Origin: Candidatus Levyibacteriota bacterium
GTDB taxonomy: Bacteria > Patescibacteriota > Microgenomatia > Levybacterales > UBA12049
Length of the DNA stretch: 58,345 bases
Direction: 5' to 3'
NCBI GenBank assembly: GCA_016180725.1
Contig: JACPAR010000014.1
Coordinates: forward strand, 1-58,345
Positions 48,000-57,080 of the stretch are shown here, piece by piece; position 1 is the first letter of the stretch; each line of letters opens with the position of its first letter. Both the position numbers and the translations under genes were made by a program. The notes below the pieces were generated by a model. The model had not been told where the DNA came from. It ran no database searches and saw only the letters and a program-made list of their open reading frames with translations.

Positions 48000-49034
48000 T
48001 TAAAATTGTTCTAGAAAATCTAAATTATTTGAGTACAATAATCGTAGATCGTCAATTTCTAATCCTTCTTTCATCATAACAACTCTTTCTACTCCCCAAC
48101 CAAAAGCAAAACCAATGTATTTTTTTGGATCTATTCCTCCGAAACGCAAGACATTTGGGTGAACCATTCCCGCACCGCCCATTTCAAGCCAACCAGCTTT
48201 GCAAAGCTTGCAACCTTTACCTTCGCAAACGCCACAGGAAACATCAACTTCAAAAGAAGGTTCTGTAAATTGGAAATGATAGGGTCTTATTCTCGATTTT
48301 CTGTTTTGACCAAAATAAGATCTAACAAAATAATCAAGCGTTCCTTTAAGATGGGTTATAGAAATATTTTTATCAACTACCAGTCCTTCAAATTGATGGA
48401 ACATTGGCGTATGGGAAACATCGGATTGCCTTCTGTAGCATTTAGCAATATTAAGCATTTTAATTGGAGGTGTTTTCTTTCGTTCCATCTCTCTTATTTG
48501 ACCAGAGGAAGTGTGGGGGGTTAAAAGAACAGACCCTTTTTTTAAATTGGGTTTTTGTTTTACAAAAAACGTTTCCCAATCATCGCGGGCCGGATGATTT
48601 TGCGGGAAATTAAGCGCTGTAAAAGCATACCAATCCCATTCTACTTCCGGATATCTAACTCTGGTAAAACCTATTTTTTCAAAAATAGCACTTATTTCTT
48701 CGATTGCCTGGGTAATAAGATGCAGATGCCCAAGAGAAGGTTTTATGCCAGGCAGGGTAATATCAATTATTTCTTCTTTTTTGTACTCCAACTTTCCTAA
48801 TTGGGCAACTTTTTCTTTAATTGTTTCCTCGATTGTTAGTTTTACTTCATTTGCGAGTTTTCCAATTTCCGGCCGTTTTTCTTTGGGTAATTTTGAAATA
48901 TCTTTTAAAGCAAGAGTAAGTTTTCCGTTTTTTCCTAAGAATTGTTGTTTGACTTCCTCCAGAGATTCTAAATTCTCTGATTCGAGGATAAACGACATTG
49001 CAGTATTTTTTATATTAATAAGCTCTTCTTCCAT
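48000..49034 (-). CDS. pheS: Phenylalanine--tRNA ligase alpha subunit
   Basis: 344 aa, with class II motifs: HPARD, FRRQSDVSHTPMFHQFEG-like, GFAFGWGVERV. Confidence 0.95.
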   Translation of the reverse strand: MEEELINIKNTAMSFILESENLESLEEVKQQFLGKNGKLTLALKDISKLPKEKRPEIGKLANEVKLTIEETIKEKVAQLGKLEYKKEEIIDITLPGIKPSLGHLHLITQAIEEISAIFEKIGFTRVRYPEVEWDWYAFTALNFPQNHPARDDWETFFVKQKPNLKKGSVLLTPHTSSGQIREMERKKTPPIKMLNIAKCYRRQSDVSHTPMFHQFEGLVVDKNISITHLKGTLDYFVRSYFGQNRKSRIRPYHFQFTEPSFEVDVSCGVCEGKGCKLCKAGWLEMGGAGMVHPNVLRFGGIDPKKYIGFAFGWGVERVVMMKEGLEIDDLRLLYSNNLDFLEQF

Positions 49035-49312
49035 TATTTTTCTATTTTATAAGACTCCTTAAAAATTATTTTCCAGATTTTATTTATAAAAGCCTTATCT
49101 ATATTATAACCTTTTACTTTATTTTTTAGAGATTCAATTTTTTCATATTCTCTTTTGTTGTCTTTAATCTTTAAATTGTGCTGTTTTTTATATTCTCCAA
49201 TTTTTGCAATAAGCAAAAACCTTTTAATTAAAAGATTTAAAATACCATTATCAATTTTATCAATTTCTTCTCTGTATTTCCGTAGCTGATCCATAAATTT
49301 AAGTTTGTCCAA
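49034..49312 (-). CDS. Chorismate mutase (AroQ class, monofunctional)
   Basis: 92 aa, with LRKYREEIDKIDNGILNLLIKR....KIGEYK. Confidence 0.85.
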   Translation of the reverse strand: MDKLKFMDQLRKYREEIDKIDNGILNLLIKRFLLIAKIGEYKKQHNLKIKDNKREYEKIESLKNKVKGYNIDKAFINKIWKIIFKESYKIEK

Positions 49313-50969
49313 GTATTCTTATTACAGGGCAATATACTTCTAATTCTTTAATAGCTTTTGTAAAAGAAGGATCTTTAGATTCTTTTTCTACTTCAACAAA
49401 GAAATGATAATCCCATAACTTTTCACTGCTTGGTCGTGATTCTAACTTTGTTAGATTGAGATTATGATTTGCAAATACGTTTAGTAAATCCCGTAATATA
49501 CCTACCCTGTTATAAACGGTAAGAAAAAGAAGAGTCTTTTTATTACTAATACCAGGAATTTTTATAAGATTTTTTGCAACGATATAGAATCTAGTTGTAT
49601 TTGCCGGATTATCTTCGATGTTTTTTGTAAGTATTTTTATTTTATACTGTTTCGCAGCTATATCTGAAGCAATATAGGCATAACCTTTTTGGGGAAAATT
49701 TAGCGCAGATGTTGTGCTAACAGCAGAAACTCTTTTGGCATTGGGAAGATTTGTATTAAGCCACTGCTTACATTGTGCTAGAGCTTGCGGATGAGAAATT
49801 ACAGTGTGAATATCTTTTAGATCTTTTTGGTTTGATAAAAGTTGTTGGTGAACAGGAATAGTAACAGAACCAATTACAGAAAGTGAAAATTCAATCAAAT
49901 AATCGAGAGTTTCCCTAACAGTTCCTTCAATTGAATTTTCTGCAGGAACTACTGCAAAATCTGCCTCGTTATCCAATATCTCTTTAAAGAGATCAAAAAA
50001 CGTTTCGGCAGGAATTTTTTTCTGCGTTACTTTGGAAAAAACAAGAGATGCTGCCTGATGAGAAAAAGTTCCTTCGGGTCCAAGATATGTTATCTTTGCT
50101 TTCGAAGGGGTGATTACTAAAGGAGCTTTTGTAGGAATTATTACCGTTATTTCATTAACAAGCTTAAGAATTTTATCTGTCTGAAGAACCGAAAAATTTG
50201 AAAAGTCATTTGCGAATTCTTTTTCTTCGGAAAACATATCTATAAAACCTTTTTCATCTTCATTCTCTAAAATATTAAGGAGGTTTTTTCCTTGTGTTAA
50301 CAATGCTTTTAACACTGGTTCAAAATATGGATTATAAAATTGAATATCGCTCATGAGTTTTAAATCCTGATGTAAAACTCTTCCCATAATTAGTGACTGA
50401 AGAGCAAAAATTGGCGTATGAAGTTTGTTTTTTAACACATTTTTTTGCTCAAAGATAATTTTTGAGTACAAAAGATTTATTGCATGTGTAAATGCTTGTA
50501 TATAAGCCATCTGGTAGTCATGTTCCTCGGCAGTCATATTAAATATTTCGATACCTGCTTTTGTGAATAAATTTTTAAGGAATAAAACATAATCATTATC
50601 ATTTTGTTTACAAAAAACTATTTTTAGACCTTGGTTAATTTGTGCGCTTGGGCCAAAGAGCGGATGCATGCCAAGCGTTGCGCATTTAGCTCCTTTCATT
50701 GCTTCAGCAGGCATAACTTTAAAAGAAGTCAGGTCGGTAAGAAGCGAATGTTTGTCTATATGGGGAAGAATATCTTTTATTACTTTTTGAGTTTCGGAAA
50801 TTGGTACAGAGATAATAACGATATCAGATTTTTTTGCAAGTTCTTTCGAAGTTAATTTGGTATTTCTTCCGGCAATAAGTACCGGTAGATTTTGTGTCTG
50901 AAAGAACGAAGCAAACCACTGTCCCATTTTACCGGTGCCGCCAATAATGCCGATTGTTGGTTTTTTCAT
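49299..50969 (-). CDS. Fusion of prephenate dehydrogenase (TyrA) with prephenate dehydratase (PheA) and an ACT domain
   Basis: 556 aa. The N-terminus has IGIIGGTGKMGQWF...MHPLFGP (TyrA). The C-terminal half has YLGPEGTFSH, VVPAENSIEGTV, NTTRF and an ACT domain (LESRPS...WDYHFFVE), which is PheA. Confidence 0.85.
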   Translation of the reverse strand: MKKPTIGIIGGTGKMGQWFASFFQTQNLPVLIAGRNTKLTSKELAKKSDIVIISVPISETQKVIKDILPHIDKHSLLTDLTSFKVMPAEAMKGAKCATLGMHPLFGPSAQINQGLKIVFCKQNDNDYVLFLKNLFTKAGIEIFNMTAEEHDYQMAYIQAFTHAINLLYSKIIFEQKNVLKNKLHTPIFALQSLIMGRVLHQDLKLMSDIQFYNPYFEPVLKALLTQGKNLLNILENEDEKGFIDMFSEEKEFANDFSNFSVLQTDKILKLVNEITVIIPTKAPLVITPSKAKITYLGPEGTFSHQAASLVFSKVTQKKIPAETFFDLFKEILDNEADFAVVPAENSIEGTVRETLDYLIEFSLSVIGSVTIPVHQQLLSNQKDLKDIHTVISHPQALAQCKQWLNTNLPNAKRVSAVSTTSALNFPQKGYAYIASDIAAKQYKIKILTKNIEDNPANTTRFYIVAKNLIKIPGISNKKTLLFLTVYNRVGILRDLLNVFANHNLNLTKLESRPSSEKLWDYHFFVEVEKESKDPSFTKAIKELEVYCPVIRILGQT

Positions 50970-52090
50970 ATTTTTATTTTTAAGTTTTTTTGATAACTTT
51001 CAAAATTTCTTTTTGTTTCCTCAATACTATCTCCGCCAAATTTATCTAGCATCGCATCTGCCAAAACAAAAGCCAGCATGGCTTGCGAAATAACACCTGC
51101 TCTTGCCACGACGCAAACATCAGATCTTTGGATTGTTGCAGTTGCCGGTTCTAAAGAAGAAATGTCTACCGTTTTTAACGGATCATAAAGGGTTGATATA
51201 GGTTTATGAAAAACTCTGCAGAAAATATCTTCTCCATTTGTTATTCCTCCCTCAATTCCGCCCATATTGTTTGTTGATCGTGTTATTTTTTTGTCTTTAA
51301 CAATTATTTCATCCTGAACTTCTTTTCCGGTTTTTCCGGCTGCTTCTATGGCATTGCCAATTTCTACTGCTTTTACAGACGGAATACTCATTAGAGCTTG
51401 TGCAATCCTTCCGTCAATTCTTCTGTCAAAAGCAACATAACTGCCAAGCCCAATTGGTACGTTATGGGCAATAACTTCAAGTACTCCTCCAAGTGTATTT
51501 TTATTCATTCTCGCATTGGTAATTTCCTGTTTCATTTGTTCGCGTGATTTTTCGTCAACGCAATGAACATCCGGATCAATTTCGTTAATTTCTGCAATTT
51601 CTTCAAAAGAATAATTTTGTTTTGATGATTTTATTTTTCCAATTTGAATTGTATGACTGGCAATTTGTGTACCAAATTCCAAAAGTAATTTTTTACAAAT
51701 AGCACCAATTGCAACACGCATAACAGTTTCGCGGGCAGATGCTCTTTCTAAAACATTTCTAACATCATCAAAACCATATTTTAAAACTCCAGCCAAATCT
51801 GCGTGTCCTGGTCTTGGGCGGGTAACTTTTTCTTCCCATTTTGCCTGATCAACAGTTTCAACTAACAAGGCAATAGGACTTCCTAGTGTTTTTCCAAATC
51901 GAACACCCGATAAAATTTTTACCTCGTCTTTTTCAATTTTTTCTCTTCCTCCACGGCCAAAATCATGCATTCGCTTTTTTAATTCAGTATTAATTTCAGA
52001 GGTACTAATTGGTAGTCCTGCCGGAATTCCTTCCAGAATTGCAACTTCTGCAGGGCCATGGGACTCGCCTGCTGTTAAAAATCTAAGCAT
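50966..52090 (-). CDS. aroC: Chorismate synthase
   Basis: 374 aa, with LRFLTAGESHGP, GRGGREK.. and RSDVCVV. Confidence 0.95.
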   Translation of the reverse strand: MLRFLTAGESHGPAEVAILEGIPAGLPISTSEINTELKKRMHDFGRGGREKIEKDEVKILSGVRFGKTLGSPIALLVETVDQAKWEEKVTRPRPGHADLAGVLKYGFDDVRNVLERASARETVMRVAIGAICKKLLLEFGTQIASHTIQIGKIKSSKQNYSFEEIAEINEIDPDVHCVDEKSREQMKQEITNARMNKNTLGGVLEVIAHNVPIGLGSYVAFDRRIDGRIAQALMSIPSVKAVEIGNAIEAAGKTGKEVQDEIIVKDKKITRSTNNMGGIEGGITNGEDIFCRVFHKPISTLYDPLKTVDISSLEPATATIQRSDVCVVARAGVISQAMLAFVLADAMLDKFGGDSIEETKRNFESYQKNLKIKI

Positions 52091-52919
52091 TATTCTTTTT
52101 CCTTTCTATTTCTAAATCTAGTGCTTTTTCCATTTCTTTAATTGGTGCTTTATTTTGGGTAAAAAGCTCGAATTGGGGAATTGCGCCATAAAAAAGCATT
52201 TTATCTCCATATACGACTTTTGCGCCTAAATTTTTTGCTGCTTTTAAAAGTTCTGTTTCTTTTGGTACATAAACAATATCGTAAACTATATGGTGCGATT
52301 GTAAGTATTCAACTGGAATAGGTGTTTCGTCTTGTTTTGGTTCCATGCCAACAGACGTTGTATTTATGATGATATCTGCTTTTATTATTATTTCTTTATT
52401 ATCAAGTGTATAAGCACCATTTAAATCAAATTCTTCAACTAATTCTTCTGCATTTTGAATGGTGCGATTACAAACATTAACAATTGCCCCTTCTTTTTTT
52501 AATCCATATACAACAGCTCTGGCTGCTCCGCCGGCTCCTAAAACTACAACGGTTTTTCCGGCTATTGATGTAACTTTTCGTAGAGCTTCCAGAGAACCCG
52601 TCCAGTCGGTATTGCTTGCCGTAAGCATGCCATTGTCGTTTACAATTGTATTTGCAGCGCCGATTTTTTTTGCTGTTTCATCTGTGTTATCAACGTATTT
52701 TAATACTTCAATTTTATGAGGTACTGTTACAACAATTCCTCTAACATTTAAAGCTCTTAAGCCTTCTATTGCCTTTTTTACATCCTTAACATGAAACGCA
52801 ACAAAGGCAAAATTCAATCCAAGCGCTTGATATCCGGCATTGTGCATAATAGGAGAAAGTGAGTGTTCAACAGGATCTCCGATTATGCAGCAAAGTTTTG
52901 TTTTGGCATTTATATTCAT
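52083..52919 (-). CDS. aroE: Shikimate dehydrogenase
   Basis: 278 aa, with SLSPIMHNA, VTVPHK, NTDW.G and GAGGAARA. Confidence 0.92.
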   Translation of the reverse strand: MNINAKTKLCCIIGDPVEHSLSPIMHNAGYQALGLNFAFVAFHVKDVKKAIEGLRALNVRGIVVTVPHKIEVLKYVDNTDETAKKIGAANTIVNDNGMLTASNTDWTGSLEALRKVTSIAGKTVVVLGAGGAARAVVYGLKKEGAIVNVCNRTIQNAEELVEEFDLNGAYTLDNKEIIIKADIIINTTSVGMEPKQDETPIPVEYLQSHHIVYDIVYVPKETELLKAAKNLGAKVVYGDKMLFYGAIPQFELFTQNKAPIKEMEKALDLEIERKKNNA

Positions 52920-52922
52920 ATC

Positions 52923-53429
52923 TTACTCCTTTAATTTTAACATAATTTTTTTCGCTACTTGTTGTGTTGATATATTTTCCGTGTTTATTGTTTCATCACT
53001 CGCCTTAAGATATTGTTGATATCTTTGTTTTAAGGTCTCCTCCATATCTTCTTTTCTTGATTTCTTTCCGGTAAGAGAAGGTCTATTTTGGTCATCGCCA
53101 ATTCTTTTGAGTAACGTGTTAACACTCACTTGTAACCAAAAGAGTTTACCATGTTTTTTGAGCGCTCTAATATTTTCAGGACGCACCACAACTCCCCCGC
53201 CTGTTGATATAACGCTATTGTCTTTTTTGGATATTTCGATAATGACTTCGGATTCTATATCCCGAAAATAGTTCCAATCGTGATTGGCAATAATTTTCGG
53301 TATACTCATTCCCATTTTTTGCACGATAAGTTCGTCCGTCTCCACGTATTTTTTTTGCAGCTTTTGAGCAAGAATTTTTGCGACCGTTGTTTTGCCGGAT
53401 CCCCGCATGCCAATAAGAACAATATTCAT
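52923..53429 (-). CDS. aroK: Shikimate kinase
   Basis: 168 aa, with Walker A GMRGSGKTT and ISTGGG. Confidence 0.9.
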   Translation of the reverse strand: MNIVLIGMRGSGKTTVAKILAQKLQKKYVETDELIVQKMGMSIPKIIANHDWNYFRDIESEVIIEISKKDNSVISTGGGVVVRPENIRALKKHGKLFWLQVSVNTLLKRIGDDQNRPSLTGKKSRKEDMEETLKQRYQQYLKASDETINTENISTQQVAKKIMLKLKE

Positions 53430-54706
53430 GGTAATACCTCTATTTTTGCCCCGATCTTTTGTAGATCTTCAAAAAATGCAGGGTATGATTTTCTAACGAC
53501 TTCCGCATTTTGAATTACCGTTTTTCCTTGTGCTCCAAGAGCCGCAATTGCAAAACTCATTGCAACGCGATGATCATTGTGCGTATCTATTGATGTGCCT
53601 TTTGGATTACCCCCTTCTATATTTAGTGATTTATCATCATAATTAACTTTAACTCCCATTTTTTTAAGTTCTTTTATTGTTGTTTCTATTCTATCGCTTT
53701 CTTTATACCTAAGATGCCCAATATTATTTATTTTTGTAGTGCCTTTTGCAAAAGCTGCAACTACTGTAAGCGTTTGGACAATATCCGGATAGTCGCTCAT
53801 GTCAATTTCTATTCCGTTAAGTTTTTTTCCAACAACGGTAAAGCCATCAATTTCTTTTTTAATATAGCAACCCATTTTTTCTAGTAATTCCAAAAAATAT
53901 TTGTCTCCCTGACTGGAATTAACGCTAAGATTTTTAACGGTAACTGATCCATTTGTTATTGCTGCAGCGGCAAAAAAGTAGGAGGCGGATGAATAATCTC
54001 CTTCAATAGTATAACTTTTACCTTTGTATTGTTGGCCTTTTTCAATTGTAAAGTTTTGAAAATTATTTTTCTGCACGTTAACACAGAATGTCTTCATAAT
54101 ATCTATTGTTAAGGCAACATATGGTTTAGAAACAAGCTCTCCGTCAATTTTAGTCGTTAATGATTCTTTTGCAAAAGGAGCGACTAATAAAAGAGCGCTT
54201 ATATATTGAGAGCTGATGTCGCCTTTTATAACAATATTTCCTCCGCTGATTTTACCTCCCTTAATTTTTATCGGAGGGCAACCGTTGTTATTTACAGAGT
54301 AAGCTTTTATACCAATTTTATTTAAGGCATCAATTAGTTCTCCAACTGGTCTTTGGCAAAGTCTTTTTTCGCCAGTCAGTGTTGTTTCTCCATCCGCTAA
54401 AGCACAAACAGCTGCAATCATTCGCATTGTTGAACCGGAGTTGCCTAAAAAAATAGGTTTAGCGGGAGCTTTAAGTTTGCCGTTGCTACCGTTAATAGTA
54501 ATCTTATTTCCATCTCTTTGAATATCAACCCCCAAAGCCTTAAGGGCGTCGATTGTACGCAAAGTATCCTCTGCAATAAGTGCATTATCGATTACAGATT
54601 TTCCATTAGCTAGAGAAGCAATTATTATTGCTCTATGAGTAACTGATTTTGAGGGAGGAGCAGAAATTTCTCCGTTTACTTTTGATGGATATATTTTTAC
54701 ATTCAT
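53426..54706 (-). CDS. aroA: 3-phosphoshikimate 1-carboxyvinyltransferase (EPSP synthase)
   Basis: 426 aa, with PPSKSVTHRA, LGNSGSTMR, DHRVAMSFA. Confidence 0.95.
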   Translation of the reverse strand: MNVKIYPSKVNGEISAPPSKSVTHRAIIIASLANGKSVIDNALIAEDTLRTIDALKALGVDIQRDGNKITINGSNGKLKAPAKPIFLGNSGSTMRMIAAVCALADGETTLTGEKRLCQRPVGELIDALNKIGIKAYSVNNNGCPPIKIKGGKISGGNIVIKGDISSQYISALLLVAPFAKESLTTKIDGELVSKPYVALTIDIMKTFCVNVQKNNFQNFTIEKGQQYKGKSYTIEGDYSSASYFFAAAAITNGSVTVKNLSVNSSQGDKYFLELLEKMGCYIKKEIDGFTVVGKKLNGIEIDMSDYPDIVQTLTVVAAFAKGTTKINNIGHLRYKESDRIETTIKELKKMGVKVNYDDKSLNIEGGNPKGTSIDTHNDHRVAMSFAIAALGAQGKTVIQNAEVVRKSYPAFFEDLQKIGAKIEVLP

Positions 54707-55143
54707 GAAGTTTTTCTAATATGCTCAACAAGTTTTTCAAGACCAATTATATAGCCTTTTTCTTTAAGTCCCATAATCCGTTTAATAACGATTCCGTCAA
54801 GAACATCCGTTTTTCTAAACTCTTCCCTTTTTTTAATATTAGAAAGGTGAACTTCAACAATAGGTAAATCAGTGTCGACAAGAGCATCTCTTAATGAATA
54901 ACCGTAATGAGTAAGCGCTCCCGGATTAATAAGAACACCATCTGCATGTTTACTTTCTTTTTGTAGAAAATCAATCAATTCTCCTTCGTGATTTGATTGA
55001 AAAAATAAAAGCTCAACCTTGTATTTTTGTGCATGGTTTTCTAATTCAGCATTAATTTCATCAAGACTTTTTATTCCATAGTGATTTTTATCTCTATTCC
55101 CTAATATGTTTAGATTAGGGCCATTGAGTATTAAAATTTTCAT
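54703..55143 (-). CDS. aroQ: 3-dehydroquinate dehydratase, type II
   Basis: 146 aa, with ILILNGPNLN.LG.R....YG and INPGALTHY. Confidence 0.93.
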   Translation of the reverse strand: MKILILNGPNLNILGNRDKNHYGIKSLDEINAELENHAQKYKVELLFFQSNHEGELIDFLQKESKHADGVLINPGALTHYGYSLRDALVDTDLPIVEVHLSNIKKREEFRKTDVLDGIVIKRIMGLKEKGYIIGLEKLVEHIRKTS

Positions 55144-56204
55144 ATGACGACCTCATCTAAGACACTTTGTATAATTTCTTTTTCAACATGATTATTTATT
55201 GTAGTTTCACCAATTTTATTTACTAAAATAAATCTAGGAATTCCATCGACTGCTTTTTTGTCTTGAGACGTTAATAAATATGTATCACTTTTTGATATTT
55301 TTGAAATTTTAGTTGGTAAGCCGTATTTTTTTATTAGTGAAATCATGCGTTGGGTAATTTTTTCATCCAGCAGTCCAATTTTTTTGCTTAATTTTATTGC
55401 AAATACCATTCCTATCGCAATTGCTTCTCCATGTGATAATTTACTATCTAACTCAATTGCGTGTCCGAGAGTATGGCCAAAATTTACTATCATGCGAATA
55501 TCCTTTTTGTCCTGCGAGTCTCTTTCTACTTTCTCCATTTTGAGTTTAACACATCTTTTTATAATCCAATCCATAGTTTTGTCATCTAAAATTTTTGTTG
55601 TTTCAAGCTTTTCGAATAATTCTTTATCTATGGCAATTGCGTATTTGATGATTTCTCCCATTCCAGAAATTATTTGTTTTTCTGGCAGACTTTTTATTAT
55701 TTCTGTGTCAATTAAAACTATTCTTGGTTGCTTAACTGTGCCAATTGTATTTTTATGTTTTCCAAGATTTATTGCGCCTTTTCCTCCAAGTGCCGAGTCA
55801 ACTTGGGCAAGTAGAGTAGTTGGAATTTGTATGCAATCGATTCCTCGATGGTAGAGGGCTGCAACAAGCGTTGCAACATCTCCAACAACTCCTCCACCCA
55901 CTGCAATTACAGCTGCTTTTCTATCCATTTTCCGGTCAAGCATTTTTTGTAATATTTTTAAAATTACAGATATATTTTTTGCCTTTTCTCCAACAGGTAT
56001 TACGTGAACATATATTGGAACAGAAAGAGATTTTAAAGAAGCGTTTATTTTATTTCCAAATATTTCATTAGTTTTAGAATCACAAAGAATCAAGTAACTA
56101 CTATGTTTAAAACGCTTTAAGACTTCGGTGATATTATTTAAAACGCCTTTTTCAATAATAATATTTGTAGTTTCTTCTTGTTTTATGCAATAAGTTTTTT
56201 TCAT
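55140..56204 (-). CDS. aroB: 3-dehydroquinate synthase
   Basis: 354 aa, with GGGVVGD.A, IPTTLLAQVDS and GHT.GHA.E. Confidence 0.93.
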   Translation of the reverse strand: MKKTYCIKQEETTNIIIEKGVLNNITEVLKRFKHSSYLILCDSKTNEIFGNKINASLKSLSVPIYVHVIPVGEKAKNISVILKILQKMLDRKMDRKAAVIAVGGGVVGDVATLVAALYHRGIDCIQIPTTLLAQVDSALGGKGAINLGKHKNTIGTVKQPRIVLIDTEIIKSLPEKQIISGMGEIIKYAIAIDKELFEKLETTKILDDKTMDWIIKRCVKLKMEKVERDSQDKKDIRMIVNFGHTLGHAIELDSKLSHGEAIAIGMVFAIKLSKKIGLLDEKITQRMISLIKKYGLPTKISKISKSDTYLLTSQDKKAVDGIPRFILVNKIGETTINNHVEKEIIQSVLDEVVI

Positions 56205-56219
56205 AGTTTTGATTAAGGT

Positions 56220-56972
56220 TTACCAGGGTTTAACCAATGTATCAAATTGCTCCCAGGTTAATTGTTGTTTAGCATCTGTAATAGCAACTTTTGGATTTGG
56301 ATGGACTTCTACCATAAACCCGTCAAAAGAGTAATTTCGCGCTTCCTGTGCAATCTTTAATACATTCTCTACGCTTCCGCCCGTATGCGAGGGATCAAAA
56401 AGCATGGAAAGTCCTGTTTTCTCTTTTATTCTCATTGTCATTTCAAAATCCGGGACATTGCGATATCCGTTAGGATTATGACCATTAGGAGAAAAACCCC
56501 GATGGCAAATAAATAAATTACTTTTTTTAATTCCTCCCTGCAAAACATGATCGATTATTCCTTCCCAGTGTTCTTCATTTTGCCAGGGTTGATTTTTAAC
56601 CATTAAATAAACGCGATTATTACTAGATGCAATTTTTGAAATTTCCTGCTGAATATAGTGGTTTTGATTTCTTGCTCCAATCCAAACCAATACTTTTCCA
56701 TTTTTTGTAGCTTTCAATACTGCACTTATTACTTTTTCTGCATGCTCGGGAAGAATTACTTCGGTTGACGGGTTAATGCCTTCTTTTGCTGCTTCTACAA
56801 GTAGCGGAATACCTTCTTCTTTTAGCCCGTCAAATCCGGGTTTTGTACGTGGTTTCCACAAGCTTATACGCATGAAATCTATAGTTCGCTTTTTTGCGAG
56901 TTTGATTGATTCTCTGATTTGTTTTTTTGATTCTGCGGCACACGGCCCGGCGATTAGTATTGTTTTTTTCAT
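56220..56972 (-). CDS. aroF: 3-deoxy-7-phosphoheptulonate (DAHP) synthase, short type I-beta form (bare TIM barrel, no regulatory domain)
   Basis: 250 aa, with IAGPCAAES, LWKPRT, DPSH..G. It has no N- or C-terminal extension and is the first gene of the operon. Confidence 0.85.
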   Translation of the reverse strand: MKKTILIAGPCAAESKKQIRESIKLAKKRTIDFMRISLWKPRTKPGFDGLKEEGIPLLVEAAKEGINPSTEVILPEHAEKVISAVLKATKNGKVLVWIGARNQNHYIQQEISKIASSNNRVYLMVKNQPWQNEEHWEGIIDHVLQGGIKKSNLFICHRGFSPNGHNPNGYRNVPDFEMTMRIKEKTGLSMLFDPSHTGGSVENVLKIAQEARNYSFDGFMVEVHPNPKVAITDAKQQLTWEQFDTLVKPW

Positions 56973-56997
56973 AAAAAAACCTCCCTTTTAGGGAGGT
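56973..56997 (-). terminator. Intrinsic terminator hairpin that also sequesters the aroF Shine-Dalgarno sequence
   Basis: The minus-strand RNA reads ACCUCCC-UAAAA-GGGAGGU followed by U6 and then AUG. That is a 7-bp stem, a 5-nt loop and a U-tract. Confidence 0.75.
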
Positions 56998-57023
56998 AGT
57001 TCTTGCATTGCTAACGCACTAAC

Positions 57024-57080
57024 TCACCTCCCGGTTAGGGAAGTAAAGTAAAAATAAAACCAAGCTTGTGCGCTACTCAT
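57024..57080 (-). CDS. Candidate leader peptide MSSAQAWFYFYFTSLTGR (18 aa) with six consecutive aromatic codons
   Basis: Hand-translated: AUG AGU AGC GCA CAA GCU UGG UUU UAU UUU UAC UUU ACU UCC CUA ACC GGG AGG UGA. It starts 13 nt after the rplT stop. Confidence 0.65.
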   Translation of the reverse strand: MSSAQAWFYFYFTSLTGR

